NCBI GenBank assembly: GCA_026393865.1
Contig: JAPKZI010000234.1
Coordinates: forward strand, 288-64,287
Reading direction: 5' to 3'
Length of the DNA: 64,000 bases
From: Candidatus Aminicenantes bacterium
GTDB taxonomy: Bacteria; Acidobacteriota; Aminicenantia; Aminicenantales; UBA4085
This document shows positions 1 through 9,579 of this stretch, piece by piece. Numbering within the stretch: position 1 is the stretch's first letter; each line of letters opens with the position of its first letter. The translations under genes were made by a program, and so were the position numbers. Under the pieces are notes generated by a model. It was not told where the DNA came from. It was given only the letters and a program-made list of their open reading frames with translations, and did no database searches.

Positions 1-1
1 C

Positions 2-109
2 AACAACGATTTCTACCCGCTGTCTTTCGATAAAATCCGGGCGATCATGCGAGAACGTCCCGATAATCCCAACTTGATCAAGAAGGGCCAACAACCGGGT
101 GGAGAGTGA
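2..109 (+). CDS. C-terminal fragment of an unidentified protein (gene begins upstream of the window)
   Basis: Frame 2 is open from the window edge to TGA at 107-109 (..NNDFYPLSFDKIRAIMRERPDNPNLIKKGQQPGGE*). It is convergent with the next gene. The fragment is too short to assign a family. Confidence 0.25.
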   Translation, partial: NNDFYPLSFDKIRAIMRERPDNPNLIKKGQQPGGE

Positions 110-136
110 CCGGTATTTCGCTGCACTCGATATTGA

Positions 137-1483
137 TCACAATGTCGGAGTCTCCCGGACTTTATGGATCCGGCGCATCAGCAGAAAAACGGGAAAGCCT
201 GTGGCGAACAGGGCCGCCCCGATCAAGGCCTGTTTTGTCTGGGTCAGGAGGACGTTCAGCGATATCCCCAGGAGGAAAAGGACGAAGATGGCCGGCAGAA
301 TGGGGTAGAACGGCGCCTTGTAGCCGTCATAGGACGCTTCGGTCCGGCGGGCTTTCCGCCGCAGAACGAAGATCGTCGACGCGACCAGGGCGATATTAGC
401 GCTGTCGAGGAACATGACGTAGTTGACGATGTTCTCGAACGTGCCCAGGAAAAAAATGGAGATGAGAATCACGGCGCCGAGAAAGAGAAGCCCGGGCGCC
501 TGGGCCTGGGTGCGCGGATGGACCCTCTTAAAGAACTCCGGCAGGGCCCGGTCCTCGGCCATGGCGTAGTAAATGCGCGGCATGTGCATCAGCGTGGCGT
601 TGAGGAATCCCAGGGCCGACAGGACGATGACGAAAGAGACGAAAAGATAGCCGAAGCCGCCGAAGACGACCTTGGCCGTCTCCGCCGCGACGAGCTTCGC
701 CCCGGCCACGCCGGCCAGGCCCAGCACTCTGACGTAGGCGAAGTTGATGGTCAGGTAGCAGGCGATGATGATCAGCACGCCGAGGACGATCGCGCGCGGC
801 ATGTTCCGCCGCGCGTTCCGGACGTCCGCGCCTAGGTTGATCGTGTGATGGTAGCCGCCGTGGGTGTAAAAAACGGAGATGAGGCCCGCGGCCAGGGCCA
901 GGACCCAGGACCCCGGGGAAGGCAGAGGGACGGCCGGGCCGGGGACCGCTCCGCCGCTATAGGAAAAAGCGGCCACGACGATCAGCCCGATCATGCCGAT
1001 CTTGAAGACCGTCAAAATATTCTGAGCCCAGGCCCCGGTCTTGATCCCGAGCAGATTGATGACGAGGAGGAGGAGGGTCAATGCCACCGCGGTCAGCTGG
1101 ACGGCCGTTTGGGTCTGCAGCCGCGGGGGGAGGATGATCGGATTGAGATATTCGGCCCCGATGATGGGGATGGCCGCGACGCCGGCGCCGTTGACGAGGA
1201 TGACGTTCGTCCAGTTGAGCATGAAAGCCGGAGCGCTGCCGTAGTGTTCGGCCACGACCTTGTAGAACGAACCGGGATGGGAATAGCGCGAGCCGATCTC
1301 GGCGAAGGTCAGGGCGCCGAGGAGGCTGATGAAGCCGCCGAGGATCCAGGCGGCGAAAAAAAGGACGGGCTTCCCCGTCCCCTGGGCGACCATGGCCGGA
1401 GTGCGGAAGATGCCGATCCCGATGACGAGGCTGACGACGACCATGGTCGTGTCGAACGTCGTCAGCTTCGCCTTGATGGCCAT
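137..1483 (-). CDS. APC-superfamily amino acid permease
   Basis: 448-aa ORF, hydrophobic throughout. The N-terminal region is typical of amino-acid/polyamine permeases (VVVSLVIGIGIFRTP...AWILGGFISLLGALTFAEIGS). Confidence 0.8.
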   Translation of the reverse strand: MAIKAKLTTFDTTMVVVSLVIGIGIFRTPAMVAQGTGKPVLFFAAWILGGFISLLGALTFAEIGSRYSHPGSFYKVVAEHYGSAPAFMLNWTNVILVNGAGVAAIPIIGAEYLNPIILPPRLQTQTAVQLTAVALTLLLLVINLLGIKTGAWAQNILTVFKIGMIGLIVVAAFSYSGGAVPGPAVPLPSPGSWVLALAAGLISVFYTHGGYHHTINLGADVRNARRNMPRAIVLGVLIIIACYLTINFAYVRVLGLAGVAGAKLVAAETAKVVFGGFGYLFVSFVIVLSALGFLNATLMHMPRIYYAMAEDRALPEFFKRVHPRTQAQAPGLLFLGAVILISIFFLGTFENIVNYVMFLDSANIALVASTIFVLRRKARRTEASYDGYKAPFYPILPAIFVLFLLGISLNVLLTQTKQALIGAALFATGFPVFLLMRRIHKVRETPTL

Positions 1484-1530
1484 TCTTCAGATCAGGCGCG
1501 TCCCTTTCTCGGCCGCCGCGTCGAGTTTAT

Positions 1531-3468
1531 TCACTTCTCCGTTTCGAAGCGCGACAGGATCTCCTGGTTGATCTGGAGGTAGAGGTCGTATTTGACCTTG
1601 ACGCCTATCTCGGTCCTCAGTTTCGCCACGTAGGACTGGAGGAACTTGTTCTTCTTCGACTCGAGGAGCGTGTTCTTTTCGGTCTCCTTGTCCTTTTCGA
1701 AGTCCGTCTTGGCCGCTTCCTTCCGGTCGAGAACCCGGATCAAGGCGTAGCCGTTCTCGAAAGCGATCGGCTCGCTGATCTGTTTGAGCGGCAGGCTGAA
1801 GGCCAGGGCATCGACCTCCTTGTTCTCGCCGATGATCCCGATGTACTGCTCCTTCTTGTGCTCGTCGACGGTCTTGATCTCGAGCTTGTACTTCTGGGCG
1901 ATGTCCTCCCAGTTCTTGTCCGTCAGCTTGGCCCGGGCTTCTTTGATCTTAGCCAGGGCGGCGTCCTTCTTCTTAGCCTCGGTCACGTCCTTCTCGACGT
2001 CGGTTTTCACTTCCTCGAACGTCGCCGCCCGGGGCGCTTCGCTTTTGTTCATCTGGGCGAGTCCCACCCCGCCGTACGTGTAGATCGGCCCGGAGATATC
2101 CTTTTCCTTGAGCTGGAAGAGGGCGGCGCTGATCGATCCCGAGGGGTCGAAATCGCCGAGCTCCTGGCCGCTCTTCAAGAGTCCGGTCGAGGCGACCTTG
2201 AAATTCGCCTTCTTCGCGGCCGCTTCCAGGCTTTTCTCGGCTTTGGCCTCTTTTTCGAGCCGGGTGATGCGCTCCGTGGCCAGCTGCCGGGCCTTTTGGT
2301 CCTGGAGCATGGAGCGGATCTGGGGTTTGGCCGAAGCGAGCGGAGTTGTCGCGGCCGCTTCCTTCTCCGTCACTTTGAGGAACGAGATGCCGCTGTCCTG
2401 GGTGAGCGGATCGGAGACCTTTCCGGCCGCCAGCTTGCCGATCGCGTCCTGCTCCGGCTGGGCCAGCGACCTCCAGTCGTAGAGGCCCCAATCGCCGCCG
2501 TCCTTGGCTTTGTCGTCCTTGGAATACGTCTTGGCCAGCGCGGCGAAGTCGCCGCCGGCCTTGATCTTGGTCTGCACGGCCTGGGCTTCGGCTTGGACGA
2601 GGGTCTTGTCCTTGCCGGCGAAGGGGAGGAAGATCCGGCTGACCTTGACCTTTTCCGGGACCTGGAACTGGGCCTGGTTGTCTTTGTAGTATTTCTCGAT
2701 CTCGGATTCGCTGAGCTCGACCTCTTTTTTCAGGTCGTCGTTCTTGAGGAAGACATAGGCGGCCTCCCTCTTTTCGGGGATCTTGTAGGTCTCTTTGGCC
2801 TTGTCGAAATAGGCGCGGACCTCGGCCGCCTCGGGTTTTTTGTCGAGCTCGACCTTGCTTTTTTCCAAGGCCAGGTATTCGATCTTGGCCGAGTCCTTCG
2901 ATTTCTTGTAGGCGTCCCAGACCTCGTCCGGCGTCGCCGTGACGCCCGCCGTCAGGATCTGGACGGTCTTGGTCAGGATGATCTCCTTGCGGAGGCTGTC
3001 CTCGAAATCGCCCAGATTGATCCGGTTGTATTGAAGCCGCCGCTTGTATTCCTGGAAGCCGATGAACCGGCCGTCCTGTTGGAGGCCCGGAAAGCTCATG
3101 ATCTTGGCGGCCACCTCCTCGTCCGAGGCGCGGATGCCCATCTCGCGGGCCAGGGAGAAGATGAGCGCCTGCTCGATCAGCTGCTGCAGGACCTGCTGCG
3201 GGACCTGGAGCTGTTCGATGAACCCCCGGTTGATCTCCTTGAACTCGGTCTTTAGCGATTCGATCCGGGACCGGAGAGCCTGGGTGTAGGCGGCGGCCGT
3301 GACGCGCTCCCGTCCCGCGGAGGCGAGAGCGCTGGTGGCGGCGCTCTTGCCGAAGAGGCCTTCGCCCGACAGCCCCCAGATGAAGAAGATGGACAGGATG
3401 AAGGTCGCGACGACGAGCCATAAGACCCATTTGAGCGATTGAACGTTCTTTCTCATGGTTTTAAGCAT
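1531..3468 (-). CDS. ppiD: PpiD-like periplasmic chaperone / parvulin-type peptidyl-prolyl isomerase
   Basis: 645 aa with a single N-terminal TM anchor (LKWVLWLVVATFILSIFFIWG), a long SurA-N-like helical region and an internal parvulin-like segment (VKVSRIFLPF...GGDFAALAKTYSKD...GGDWGLYD). Confidence 0.7.
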   Translation of the reverse strand: MLKTMRKNVQSLKWVLWLVVATFILSIFFIWGLSGEGLFGKSAATSALASAGRERVTAAAYTQALRSRIESLKTEFKEINRGFIEQLQVPQQVLQQLIEQALIFSLAREMGIRASDEEVAAKIMSFPGLQQDGRFIGFQEYKRRLQYNRINLGDFEDSLRKEIILTKTVQILTAGVTATPDEVWDAYKKSKDSAKIEYLALEKSKVELDKKPEAAEVRAYFDKAKETYKIPEKREAAYVFLKNDDLKKEVELSESEIEKYYKDNQAQFQVPEKVKVSRIFLPFAGKDKTLVQAEAQAVQTKIKAGGDFAALAKTYSKDDKAKDGGDWGLYDWRSLAQPEQDAIGKLAAGKVSDPLTQDSGISFLKVTEKEAAATTPLASAKPQIRSMLQDQKARQLATERITRLEKEAKAEKSLEAAAKKANFKVASTGLLKSGQELGDFDPSGSISAALFQLKEKDISGPIYTYGGVGLAQMNKSEAPRAATFEEVKTDVEKDVTEAKKKDAALAKIKEARAKLTDKNWEDIAQKYKLEIKTVDEHKKEQYIGIIGENKEVDALAFSLPLKQISEPIAFENGYALIRVLDRKEAAKTDFEKDKETEKNTLLESKKNKFLQSYVAKLRTEIGVKVKYDLYLQINQEILSRFETEK

Positions 3469-3501
3469 CGGTTCACCTCGGATGTCGTTTGTCGATAGCG
3501 T

Positions 3502-3999
3502 TTATCGCTTGCGTGCTTCTTTCTCGAACAGAGGCCGCAGCCGGGCGAAGGTCGCGTCGAGGTCCTCGAGCACGATCTTGGTTCCGCCGACGACGGGCAT
3601 GAAATTGGAGTCGCCCTGCCAGCGGGGAACGATATGCAGATGGAAATGGTCCACGACGCCGGCGCCGGCGCTCCGGCCCAGGTTCATGCCGACATTGAAC
3701 CCCTGCGGGTGATAGGCCTTTTTCAGGACCTTCAGGCTCATCTTCAGCAGGTCGGATATTTCGTCGCGGAGGACCTTGCCGACCCGGTCGAAGGCCGCCG
3801 TGTGGGCGTAGGGCGCGATCATCAGATGCCCGGGCTGATAGGGGAACTTGTTCATGATGACGAAGGCGCGCGCTCCCTGGTAAAGGATCCGGGAGCGCTT
3901 CTCGTCTCGGATGGTCTTGGCGCGGCAGAAGACGCAGCCGGTCATCTTATGGACGTTGCGGACGTAGGTCCCCCGCCACGGCGCGGCGATGTACTGCAT
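3502..3999 (-). CDS. HIT-family nucleotide hydrolase/transferase (Ap4A phosphorylase-like)
   Basis: 165 aa with the histidine-triad motif HFHLHIVPRW near the C-terminus and the NKFPYQPGHLMI nucleotide-binding segment. Confidence 0.8.
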   Translation of the reverse strand: MQYIAAPWRGTYVRNVHKMTGCVFCRAKTIRDEKRSRILYQGARAFVIMNKFPYQPGHLMIAPYAHTAAFDRVGKVLRDEISDLLKMSLKVLKKAYHPQGFNVGMNLGRSAGAGVVDHFHLHIVPRWQGDSNFMPVVGGTKIVLEDLDATFARLRPLFEKEARKR

Positions 4000-4274
4000 T
4001 ACTTGTTGATCAGCTCCTTGAGGAGCTTGCTGGGCTTGAAATAGAGGACCTTTTTCGGCGGGACCTTGACCGGATCGCCGGTCCGCGGATTTCGGCCGGA
4101 GCGCGAAGGCCGGTTCCGGAACCGGAAGCTGCCGAATCCCCGGACCTCGATCTCCTCGCCTTGGAGGATGGCCTCCTTGATCGTGTCAAAAAAGAGATTC
4201 ACCCCGATTTCCGCTTCCTGCTTGGGGATGTTCAATTCTTTGGAGATCTTATTGATCAGATCGGCTTTAATCAT
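3999..4274 (-). CDS. HU/IHF-family DNA-bending protein
   Basis: 91 aa with the HU/IHF beta-arm signature RGFGSFRFRNRPSRSGRNPRTGDPVKVPPKKVLYFKPSK. It overlaps the rpsA stop by 8 nt. Confidence 0.85.
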   Translation of the reverse strand: MIKADLINKISKELNIPKQEAEIGVNLFFDTIKEAILQGEEIEVRGFGSFRFRNRPSRSGRNPRTGDPVKVPPKKVLYFKPSKLLKELINK

Positions 4275-6018
4275 CGGTCTTGTCCTCCTTTTGGGTGGCT
4301 GTCTTTGGGATCTGAAACCTCGTCAGTTGTTCTTTCATCAGTTCGCCCAGCGTCATCCGGTCGTCCTGGCTGTCGACGTATTTCTGATAATCCTGCTTCT
4401 GGATGTCCATCTGGGCCAGGCGGAAGCTGAGCGAGATCTTCTTGTCCTTCGCGTTCAATTTTATGATCTTGGCCGTCTTCTCTTCGCCGACCTTGAACAC
4501 TTCGGCCGGATTGTCGATCTTCTTCTCGTCGAGCTCGGAGAGGAAGACGACGCCCTCGATGCCCGGCAGGATCTCGACGAAGAGGCCGAACTCGGCGATG
4601 CGGACGATCTTGACGTTGACCAGGGCTCCCGTCCGGTGCCGGGCGTAGAAATCCTCCCAGATGTCACCCTCGAGCTGCTTGATGCCCAGGGAGACCTTTT
4701 GCTTTTCTACATCGATGTTGAGGATGACGGCCTCCTGTTCCTGGCCGACCTTCAGCTTGGCCGAGGGGTGCTTGATCTTCTCCCAGGAGATGTCGGAGAT
4801 GTGAATGAGGCCTTCGATCCCGGGCTCGACCTCCAGGAACGCCCCGAAATCGGTGACGCTCGTGATCTTGCCCTTGATCCGGGTGCCCAGCGCGTATTTC
4901 TGCTTGAGGACTTCGAGCGGATGGGGGGAAGACTGCTTGAGGCCCAGGGAGATCCGCTTGGAGGTCGGATTGACTTCGAGGACGGTCACCACGACCTCGT
5001 CCCCGAGAGAGAGGAGCTTCTTGGGATGGATCATCTTCCGCGACCAGCTCAGGTCGGAAACGTGGACAAGGCCTTCCACGCCCTTCTCGAGTTCGACGAA
5101 GGCGCCGAAATCGGTCAAGCTCGTGACCTTGCCGGTCAGCCTCTGGCCGGCCGCGTATTTCTCGGCGATATTGGCCCAGGGGTCGGGCGTCAGCTGTTTG
5201 GCCCCCAGGGAGATCTTCTCGGCCTTCTCATTGAAGTCCAGGACGACGACCTCGACCTCCTGCCCCGGTTTGAAGAGCTCCGAAGGATGGATGGTCTTGC
5301 CCCAGGACATGTCGGACACGTGGAGGAGGCCCTCCACGCCGCCAAGGTCGACGAAGGCCCCGAAATTGGTCAGGGATTTCACCTGCCCTTTGATCCGCTG
5401 GCCTTTGGCCAGATGGCTGAAAACCTTCCGGCGTTTCTTTTCCCGCTCGTCCAGGAGGAAGAGCTTCCGGGAGACGACCGCGTTCTCGGTCTTCCGGTCG
5501 AACTTGATGACCTTGAACTTGAAGGTCTGGCCGATGAGCTTGTCCGGGTCCTTGACGATCCTGAGGTCGGCGTGGGAGTCCGGCATGAAGGCGTCGATGC
5601 CGACGTTCACCGTGAAGCCGTTCCTGTTCTTCTCGCTGACCCGGCCGCTGATGAAGGTGCCGTGGGCGAAGGCCTTCTCCAGGACGTCCAAAGCCCGTTG
5701 GACGTCGGCGCTCTTCTTGGACAGGATGAAGTACCCTTCCTTCGGGTCGGTCTTCTCCAGGACGGCCTCGACCTCGTCCCCCATCTTCGGCTTCACCGGC
5801 GGGACGCCCTCGGCGAACTCCTCGATGGGGATGACGCCTTCGGACTTGAGGCCGATGTCCACGAGCACGTGAGTGGGCGTGACCTTGATCACCCGGCCCT
5901 TGACGATATTGCCGGCGCTGACCTCCTTTGTGCTGTACTGATATTTGTCCAGCAGATTTTCATAATCCTCGGAAGTCATCTTTTCGTCTTTTTCGGGTCG
6001 TTTGGTTATCTCTGACAT
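4267..6018 (-). CDS. rpsA: 30S ribosomal protein S1
   Basis: 583 aa with six repeated S1 OB-fold units (G.V..V..FGAFV.L..G.EGL.H.S. pattern repeated along the protein). Confidence 0.9.
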   Translation of the reverse strand: MSEITKRPEKDEKMTSEDYENLLDKYQYSTKEVSAGNIVKGRVIKVTPTHVLVDIGLKSEGVIPIEEFAEGVPPVKPKMGDEVEAVLEKTDPKEGYFILSKKSADVQRALDVLEKAFAHGTFISGRVSEKNRNGFTVNVGIDAFMPDSHADLRIVKDPDKLIGQTFKFKVIKFDRKTENAVVSRKLFLLDEREKKRRKVFSHLAKGQRIKGQVKSLTNFGAFVDLGGVEGLLHVSDMSWGKTIHPSELFKPGQEVEVVVLDFNEKAEKISLGAKQLTPDPWANIAEKYAAGQRLTGKVTSLTDFGAFVELEKGVEGLVHVSDLSWSRKMIHPKKLLSLGDEVVVTVLEVNPTSKRISLGLKQSSPHPLEVLKQKYALGTRIKGKITSVTDFGAFLEVEPGIEGLIHISDISWEKIKHPSAKLKVGQEQEAVILNIDVEKQKVSLGIKQLEGDIWEDFYARHRTGALVNVKIVRIAEFGLFVEILPGIEGVVFLSELDEKKIDNPAEVFKVGEEKTAKIIKLNAKDKKISLSFRLAQMDIQKQDYQKYVDSQDDRMTLGELMKEQLTRFQIPKTATQKEDKTDD

Positions 6019-6884
6019 TGGACGCGACTCTCCTCTCGTGAATGGGGTTCGAAGATCTGCTGAATTTTCTCGACAGCGGCTTCGATGGCTTCGGGCGGCG
6101 TGGACGCCCCTCCCGATATCCCTATGGTTCTTGCTCCGCGGAGCATTTCCGTCGTGATCTGGCCGGCGCTCTCGATGAAGTAGGTCCGGGGCAGGATGCG
6201 CTTGGAGATCTGGTAGAGCTTGCGCGTGTTGGAGCTGTTCTTCCCGCCGACGATGAAGAGGGCTTCGACCCGGGTGGCCAGCTCGGACGCGGCCCGCTGG
6301 CGCGTCTGGGTCGACTTGCAGATGGTGTTGAAGACCTGGAGATCCTCGGTCTTCTCGATGAGCGAGGCGACGACCTTTTTGAACAGATACAGATCCTGGG
6401 TGGATTGGGCCAGTACGGCCCGCCTCTTCTTGAAGGAGAGGGCGGCCGTTTGGGTTTCGTTCTCGATGATGAGACCCCGTCCTCGGCTGTGGCCGATGAG
6501 GCCCTTGCTCTCGGGGTGATCCTTATTGCCGACGATGATGATCTCTTTGTTCTCCCGGGCCAGCCGGCCCACCAGCTCCTGGATCTTCTGGACGATCGGG
6601 CAGGTCGCGTCGACGACTTCGAGTTTTTTTCTTTTCAGGGCCTTGTAGATATCGGGCGAGACGCCGTGGCTGCGGATGATGACCGTGCCGTGCTCGATGT
6701 CCTTGACGTCTTCGATGGAGCCGACGCCCTTGGCTTTGAGGTCGGCGATGACCTGCGGATTGTGGATGAGGTCGCCGAGGGTCGAGACCTTTCCCTCCCG
6801 GCGGCGCCGGGTTTCCTGGGCGGTCTTCAAGGCTCGCTTGACGCCGTAGCACAATCCCGTGTTCTTGGCGATGATGATTTCCAT
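6006..6884 (-). CDS. ispH: 4-hydroxy-3-methylbut-2-enyl diphosphate reductase (IspH/LytB)
   Basis: The three [4Fe-4S] Cys contexts of LytB are present (GLCYGV, DATCPIV, NTICKST). The track ORF extends to 6905, but MEIIIAKNTGLCYGV (ATG at 6884) aligns with known IspH N-termini and the predicted promoter would start transcription downstream of 6905. Confidence 0.88.
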   Translation of the reverse strand: MEIIIAKNTGLCYGVKRALKTAQETRRRREGKVSTLGDLIHNPQVIADLKAKGVGSIEDVKDIEHGTVIIRSHGVSPDIYKALKRKKLEVVDATCPIVQKIQELVGRLARENKEIIIVGNKDHPESKGLIGHSRGRGLIIENETQTAALSFKKRRAVLAQSTQDLYLFKKVVASLIEKTEDLQVFNTICKSTQTRQRAASELATRVEALFIVGGKNSSNTRKLYQISKRILPRTYFIESAGQITTEMLRGARTIGISGGASTPPEAIEAAVEKIQQIFEPHSREESRVQCQR

Positions 6885-6906
6885 GGCCGGATAAAAATGA
6901 TGCATG

Positions 6907-6935
6907 ATTCTATCTTAACGGAGGCCGATTGTCAA
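6907..6935 (-). promoter_or_regulatory. Putative sigma70 promoter for ispH-rpsA-hu-hit (TTGACA-17-TAGAAT on minus strand)
   Basis: The plus strand reads attcta (6907-6912) and tgtcaa (6930-6935) with a 17-nt spacer, which on the minus strand is TTGACA-N17-TAGAAT. Confidence 0.45.
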
Positions 6936-6960
6936 TGCTAAGTATTGATGAAACCTTGAG

Positions 6961-8097
6961 TTAGCGTAAAAACGCGCCGATCCCCTCGACCCGGACCCGG
7001 TCGGCTGTCGGCAGATCCTCGACCTCCACGGCTTTCCCCGGATCGAGCTCCGTGAGGCCGGCCAGGATAGCCCTGAGCCCGGCCAGATGGCGGGCGACGC
7101 GGTCCCTGAGCGGGATGCCGTCGGGGCCGAACGGCACGAACAGGCGCCCGAGGCGGGCGGCCTTCTCGTAAAACTTATCCTTGCCGTCGATGATGAGCCC
7201 GATCGAGGGCTTCCCTTTGAGGCGGCCGTGGGAGGCGTTGGGGGTTTCCATCAGGATGGCCCGGATCCCGGCGGCGTCGCCCCATTCCCGATGGGACAGG
7301 CCGCGCAGGTTGGGCGGCGAGGCCTCGAGCCGGAACTCGAACCCTTCGGCCTGGAGTTCCATCTGGGCCGTCGCGGCCAGGTCGGCGCTGTTCTCGTGAA
7401 AGACGATGGCGTTGATGACGGGGTATTCGGGCGCCGATTCATGGAGATCGATCCCGAGGTCGATTCGTTCTTTTTTGATGAGTTCCATGATCCCGTAAGC
7501 GACCTTCTCGGTCAGGTTTCCGCCGGCCTTGCCGGGATAGGCCCGGTTGAGGTTCCGCGCTTCGATGCCGGCGAGCGTCTGACCCGTCGGAGTGACGTAG
7601 ATCGTCGGGTCCGGCCACTGATGGATGGGATTGGTGACCCGAGAGCCGAGCCTGAACCACCGTTCCCCGGATGCGGTGGCGATGGGAAAGCGCTGCGGGC
7701 TGCCTTCTTGGGGATCGCTATGGGTGAAGCCGCTGGCGTTCGCCCGGGGGACGATCACGACTTTGCCCCGGACGGCGCGGATATTTTCGGCGAGGACGAC
7801 GGCGGTGACGAAGCCGGCCGGTTCGTTGGGATGGGCGCCGCCGATGACGAGCACGTTTCCACCATCCTTCGGGCCGGCATAAACGTAAACCGGCGTGTCG
7901 CCGGGAGTGCCTTTGAGAGCGGGGAAATAATCGCTCAGGGCGCGGGCCGCCGTCAGGCCCGGGGAGGGATAGATCGCGTCCGCCGCGCGCATGCTCAGGA
8001 ATTCCCGTCCGGACAAAACGCAGACTAAGACGGTTAGCGCGAACAAGAGCGCCGCCCGAACGAACCTATTGAGACTCATCGTTTCGGTACCCGTCAT
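6961..8097 (-). CDS. Exported M14-like zinc carboxypeptidase / AstE-AspA-family deacylase
   Basis: 378 aa with an N-terminal signal/TM segment (AALLFALTVLVCVLSG) and zinc-ligand contexts GGAHPNEPAG (HxxE) and DLHESAP. Confidence 0.6.
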   Translation of the reverse strand: MTGTETMSLNRFVRAALLFALTVLVCVLSGREFLSMRAADAIYPSPGLTAARALSDYFPALKGTPGDTPVYVYAGPKDGGNVLVIGGAHPNEPAGFVTAVVLAENIRAVRGKVVIVPRANASGFTHSDPQEGSPQRFPIATASGERWFRLGSRVTNPIHQWPDPTIYVTPTGQTLAGIEARNLNRAYPGKAGGNLTEKVAYGIMELIKKERIDLGIDLHESAPEYPVINAIVFHENSADLAATAQMELQAEGFEFRLEASPPNLRGLSHREWGDAAGIRAILMETPNASHGRLKGKPSIGLIIDGKDKFYEKAARLGRLFVPFGPDGIPLRDRVARHLAGLRAILAGLTELDPGKAVEVEDLPTADRVRVEGIGAFLR

Positions 8098-8123
8098 CGT
8101 GTCGATTATTTGCTTTCATGATC

Positions 8124-8267
8124 CTATTCCACGAGGAACAATCTCAGAAGGAACATGATCAGGACCAGGACGATGCCGGCCTGCTTCCAGAACTTTTTCT
8201 CCCGGGCGAGATACCAGAGGAAATGGACCGTGAGATAAAGGACGATGAGATGATAAACGATGCGCAT
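8124..8267 (-). CDS. 47-aa small membrane protein (not in ORF track)
   Basis: Manual translation gives MRIVYHLIVLYLTVHFLWYLAREKKFWKQAGIVLVLIMFLLRLFLVE*. The ATG lies 5 nt after the stop of the DctM-like gene. It has two hydrophobic segments separated by a basic loop. Confidence 0.4.
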   Translation of the reverse strand: MRIVYHLIVLYLTVHFLWYLAREKKFWKQAGIVLVLIMFLLRLFLVE

Positions 8268-8271
8268 GTCT

Positions 8272-9540
8272 TCAGATGACCTTATCGAGAAGCGGGGCCA
8301 GCAGCAGAACGCCGATGCCCATGGCCAGGAGGAGAAGGGCCGGGACCAGACAGTAGCGGAGCACCTTGAAAAAACTCCTTTCGCCGACGACCTGGGCGGA
8401 GAAACGCGCGGCCATGGCCGCCGGAGGCATAAGGTCGCCGATCCCGACGATGGCCGAGAGAGCCGACGAGGTGATCAGGGCGTTCTTGTTGATCAGGGCC
8501 AGCAGGAACGGCACGCCGAGGACCGAAGCCGATCCGAACGCCGAAACGCCGCCGAAGAGCGGCAGGCTGACGCCGATGCTCGCGTACAACAGGGCCGGGG
8601 GCAGGGAGAGAAAGGTCATGACCGCCCAGCCCCGCGCTCCCGTCAGCGTCATCACCTGGATGAACATGCCGACCCCGGCCAGGATGGACAGGATCGGCAT
8701 AGCCTCCTCGACGGCCTTTTGGGTGGCCTTAATGAAATTGAAAGGCCGCCCGCAGAAAAGGCCGCTCAGGCTGCCGATGAAAAAGATCGCCGGCAGGCCG
8801 AGATCCCGGATGAGAGGGACGTTCAGGTTCTGGAGGATCATCAGGGCGAGGACCAGGAGAAGGGGAAGGTAGAGCCGGACGCCGTTCTTCTCAAACACGG
8901 ATTCGGGAAGGAGGGCCTTCATTTCGTCGGCGGAGACGGCCTTGAGGTCCTTGAGGCCGAGCCCCAGGGCGATGATGACGGCCAGGGGGACGACGATGAT
9001 CAGCAGCGGCAAGGTCAGCCCGGCATAGGGCATGTCCACGCCGCCGCCCATGATCATGACCAGGATATTGACGGGCGGGGCGATCATGCCCAGGATGGCG
9101 CCCATGGCCACGAAGGCGGCCGTCTTCAGCCGCGGCAGGCCGAGTTTCATCAGGACGGGGGCGACAAGGGGGCCGGTGCTCAGCACGGCCGCGAGCGAAG
9201 ACCCCGTGATCATGCCCGGGAACATCACCAGGAGCATGACGGCCAGAAGAAGGAGGACCTTGTTCCGGTAGAACGTCTTCAAAAGGACCGCCACCAGGCT
9301 GTCGAGAATGCCCGACTCCTGGAGGACCTTCATGAAGATCATGGCCGAGGCGATGATCAGGATGATGTCGAAGAAGCCGAAGGCCCCTTCGACCAGATGG
9401 CGGAGGGCGAATCCCTGGCCGCCGGCGAGCGCCCCGGCCAGGGCGGAGAGGGCGATGGCGAAGCCCATCGGCAGTTTGAGCGGGACGGCGAGGACGATGA
9501 ACACGCCGACCATCAGGAGAAGGATTAAATATTCCGGCAT
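8272..9540 (-). CDS. DctM-family (TRAP large permease-like) transporter
   Basis: 422 aa, polytopic. The segment FPGMITGSSLAAVLSTGPLVAPVLMKLGLP...GAILGMIAPPVNILVMI matches the conserved DctM core pattern (GSS.A.V..G....P.M...G....G.LG.LIPPS). Confidence 0.7.
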   Translation of the reverse strand: MPEYLILLLMVGVFIVLAVPLKLPMGFAIALSALAGALAGGQGFALRHLVEGAFGFFDIILIIASAMIFMKVLQESGILDSLVAVLLKTFYRNKVLLLLAVMLLVMFPGMITGSSLAAVLSTGPLVAPVLMKLGLPRLKTAAFVAMGAILGMIAPPVNILVMIMGGGVDMPYAGLTLPLLIIVVPLAVIIALGLGLKDLKAVSADEMKALLPESVFEKNGVRLYLPLLLVLALMILQNLNVPLIRDLGLPAIFFIGSLSGLFCGRPFNFIKATQKAVEEAMPILSILAGVGMFIQVMTLTGARGWAVMTFLSLPPALLYASIGVSLPLFGGVSAFGSASVLGVPFLLALINKNALITSSALSAIVGIGDLMPPAAMAARFSAQVVGERSFFKVLRYCLVPALLLLAMGIGVLLLAPLLDKVI

Positions 9541-9579
9541 AAATTTCTACTGGTCATCGTGCGGAGCGAAGCCGCCCCG

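Noticed and set aside
4066-6015. 649-aa plus-strand ORF antisense to rpsA. Similar long antisense ORFs occur at 1858-3255, 10129-11970, 12322-14034, 16042-17664 and 20050-21507.
   Set aside because: The translations are low-complexity D/L/G/R/E/P-rich strings with no motifs. The opposite strand encodes clearly recognisable proteins (S1, PpiD, GGT, ScpA/TrpS, GltB-like, NuoF-GltD). These are typical stop-poor shadow frames of GC-rich DNA.
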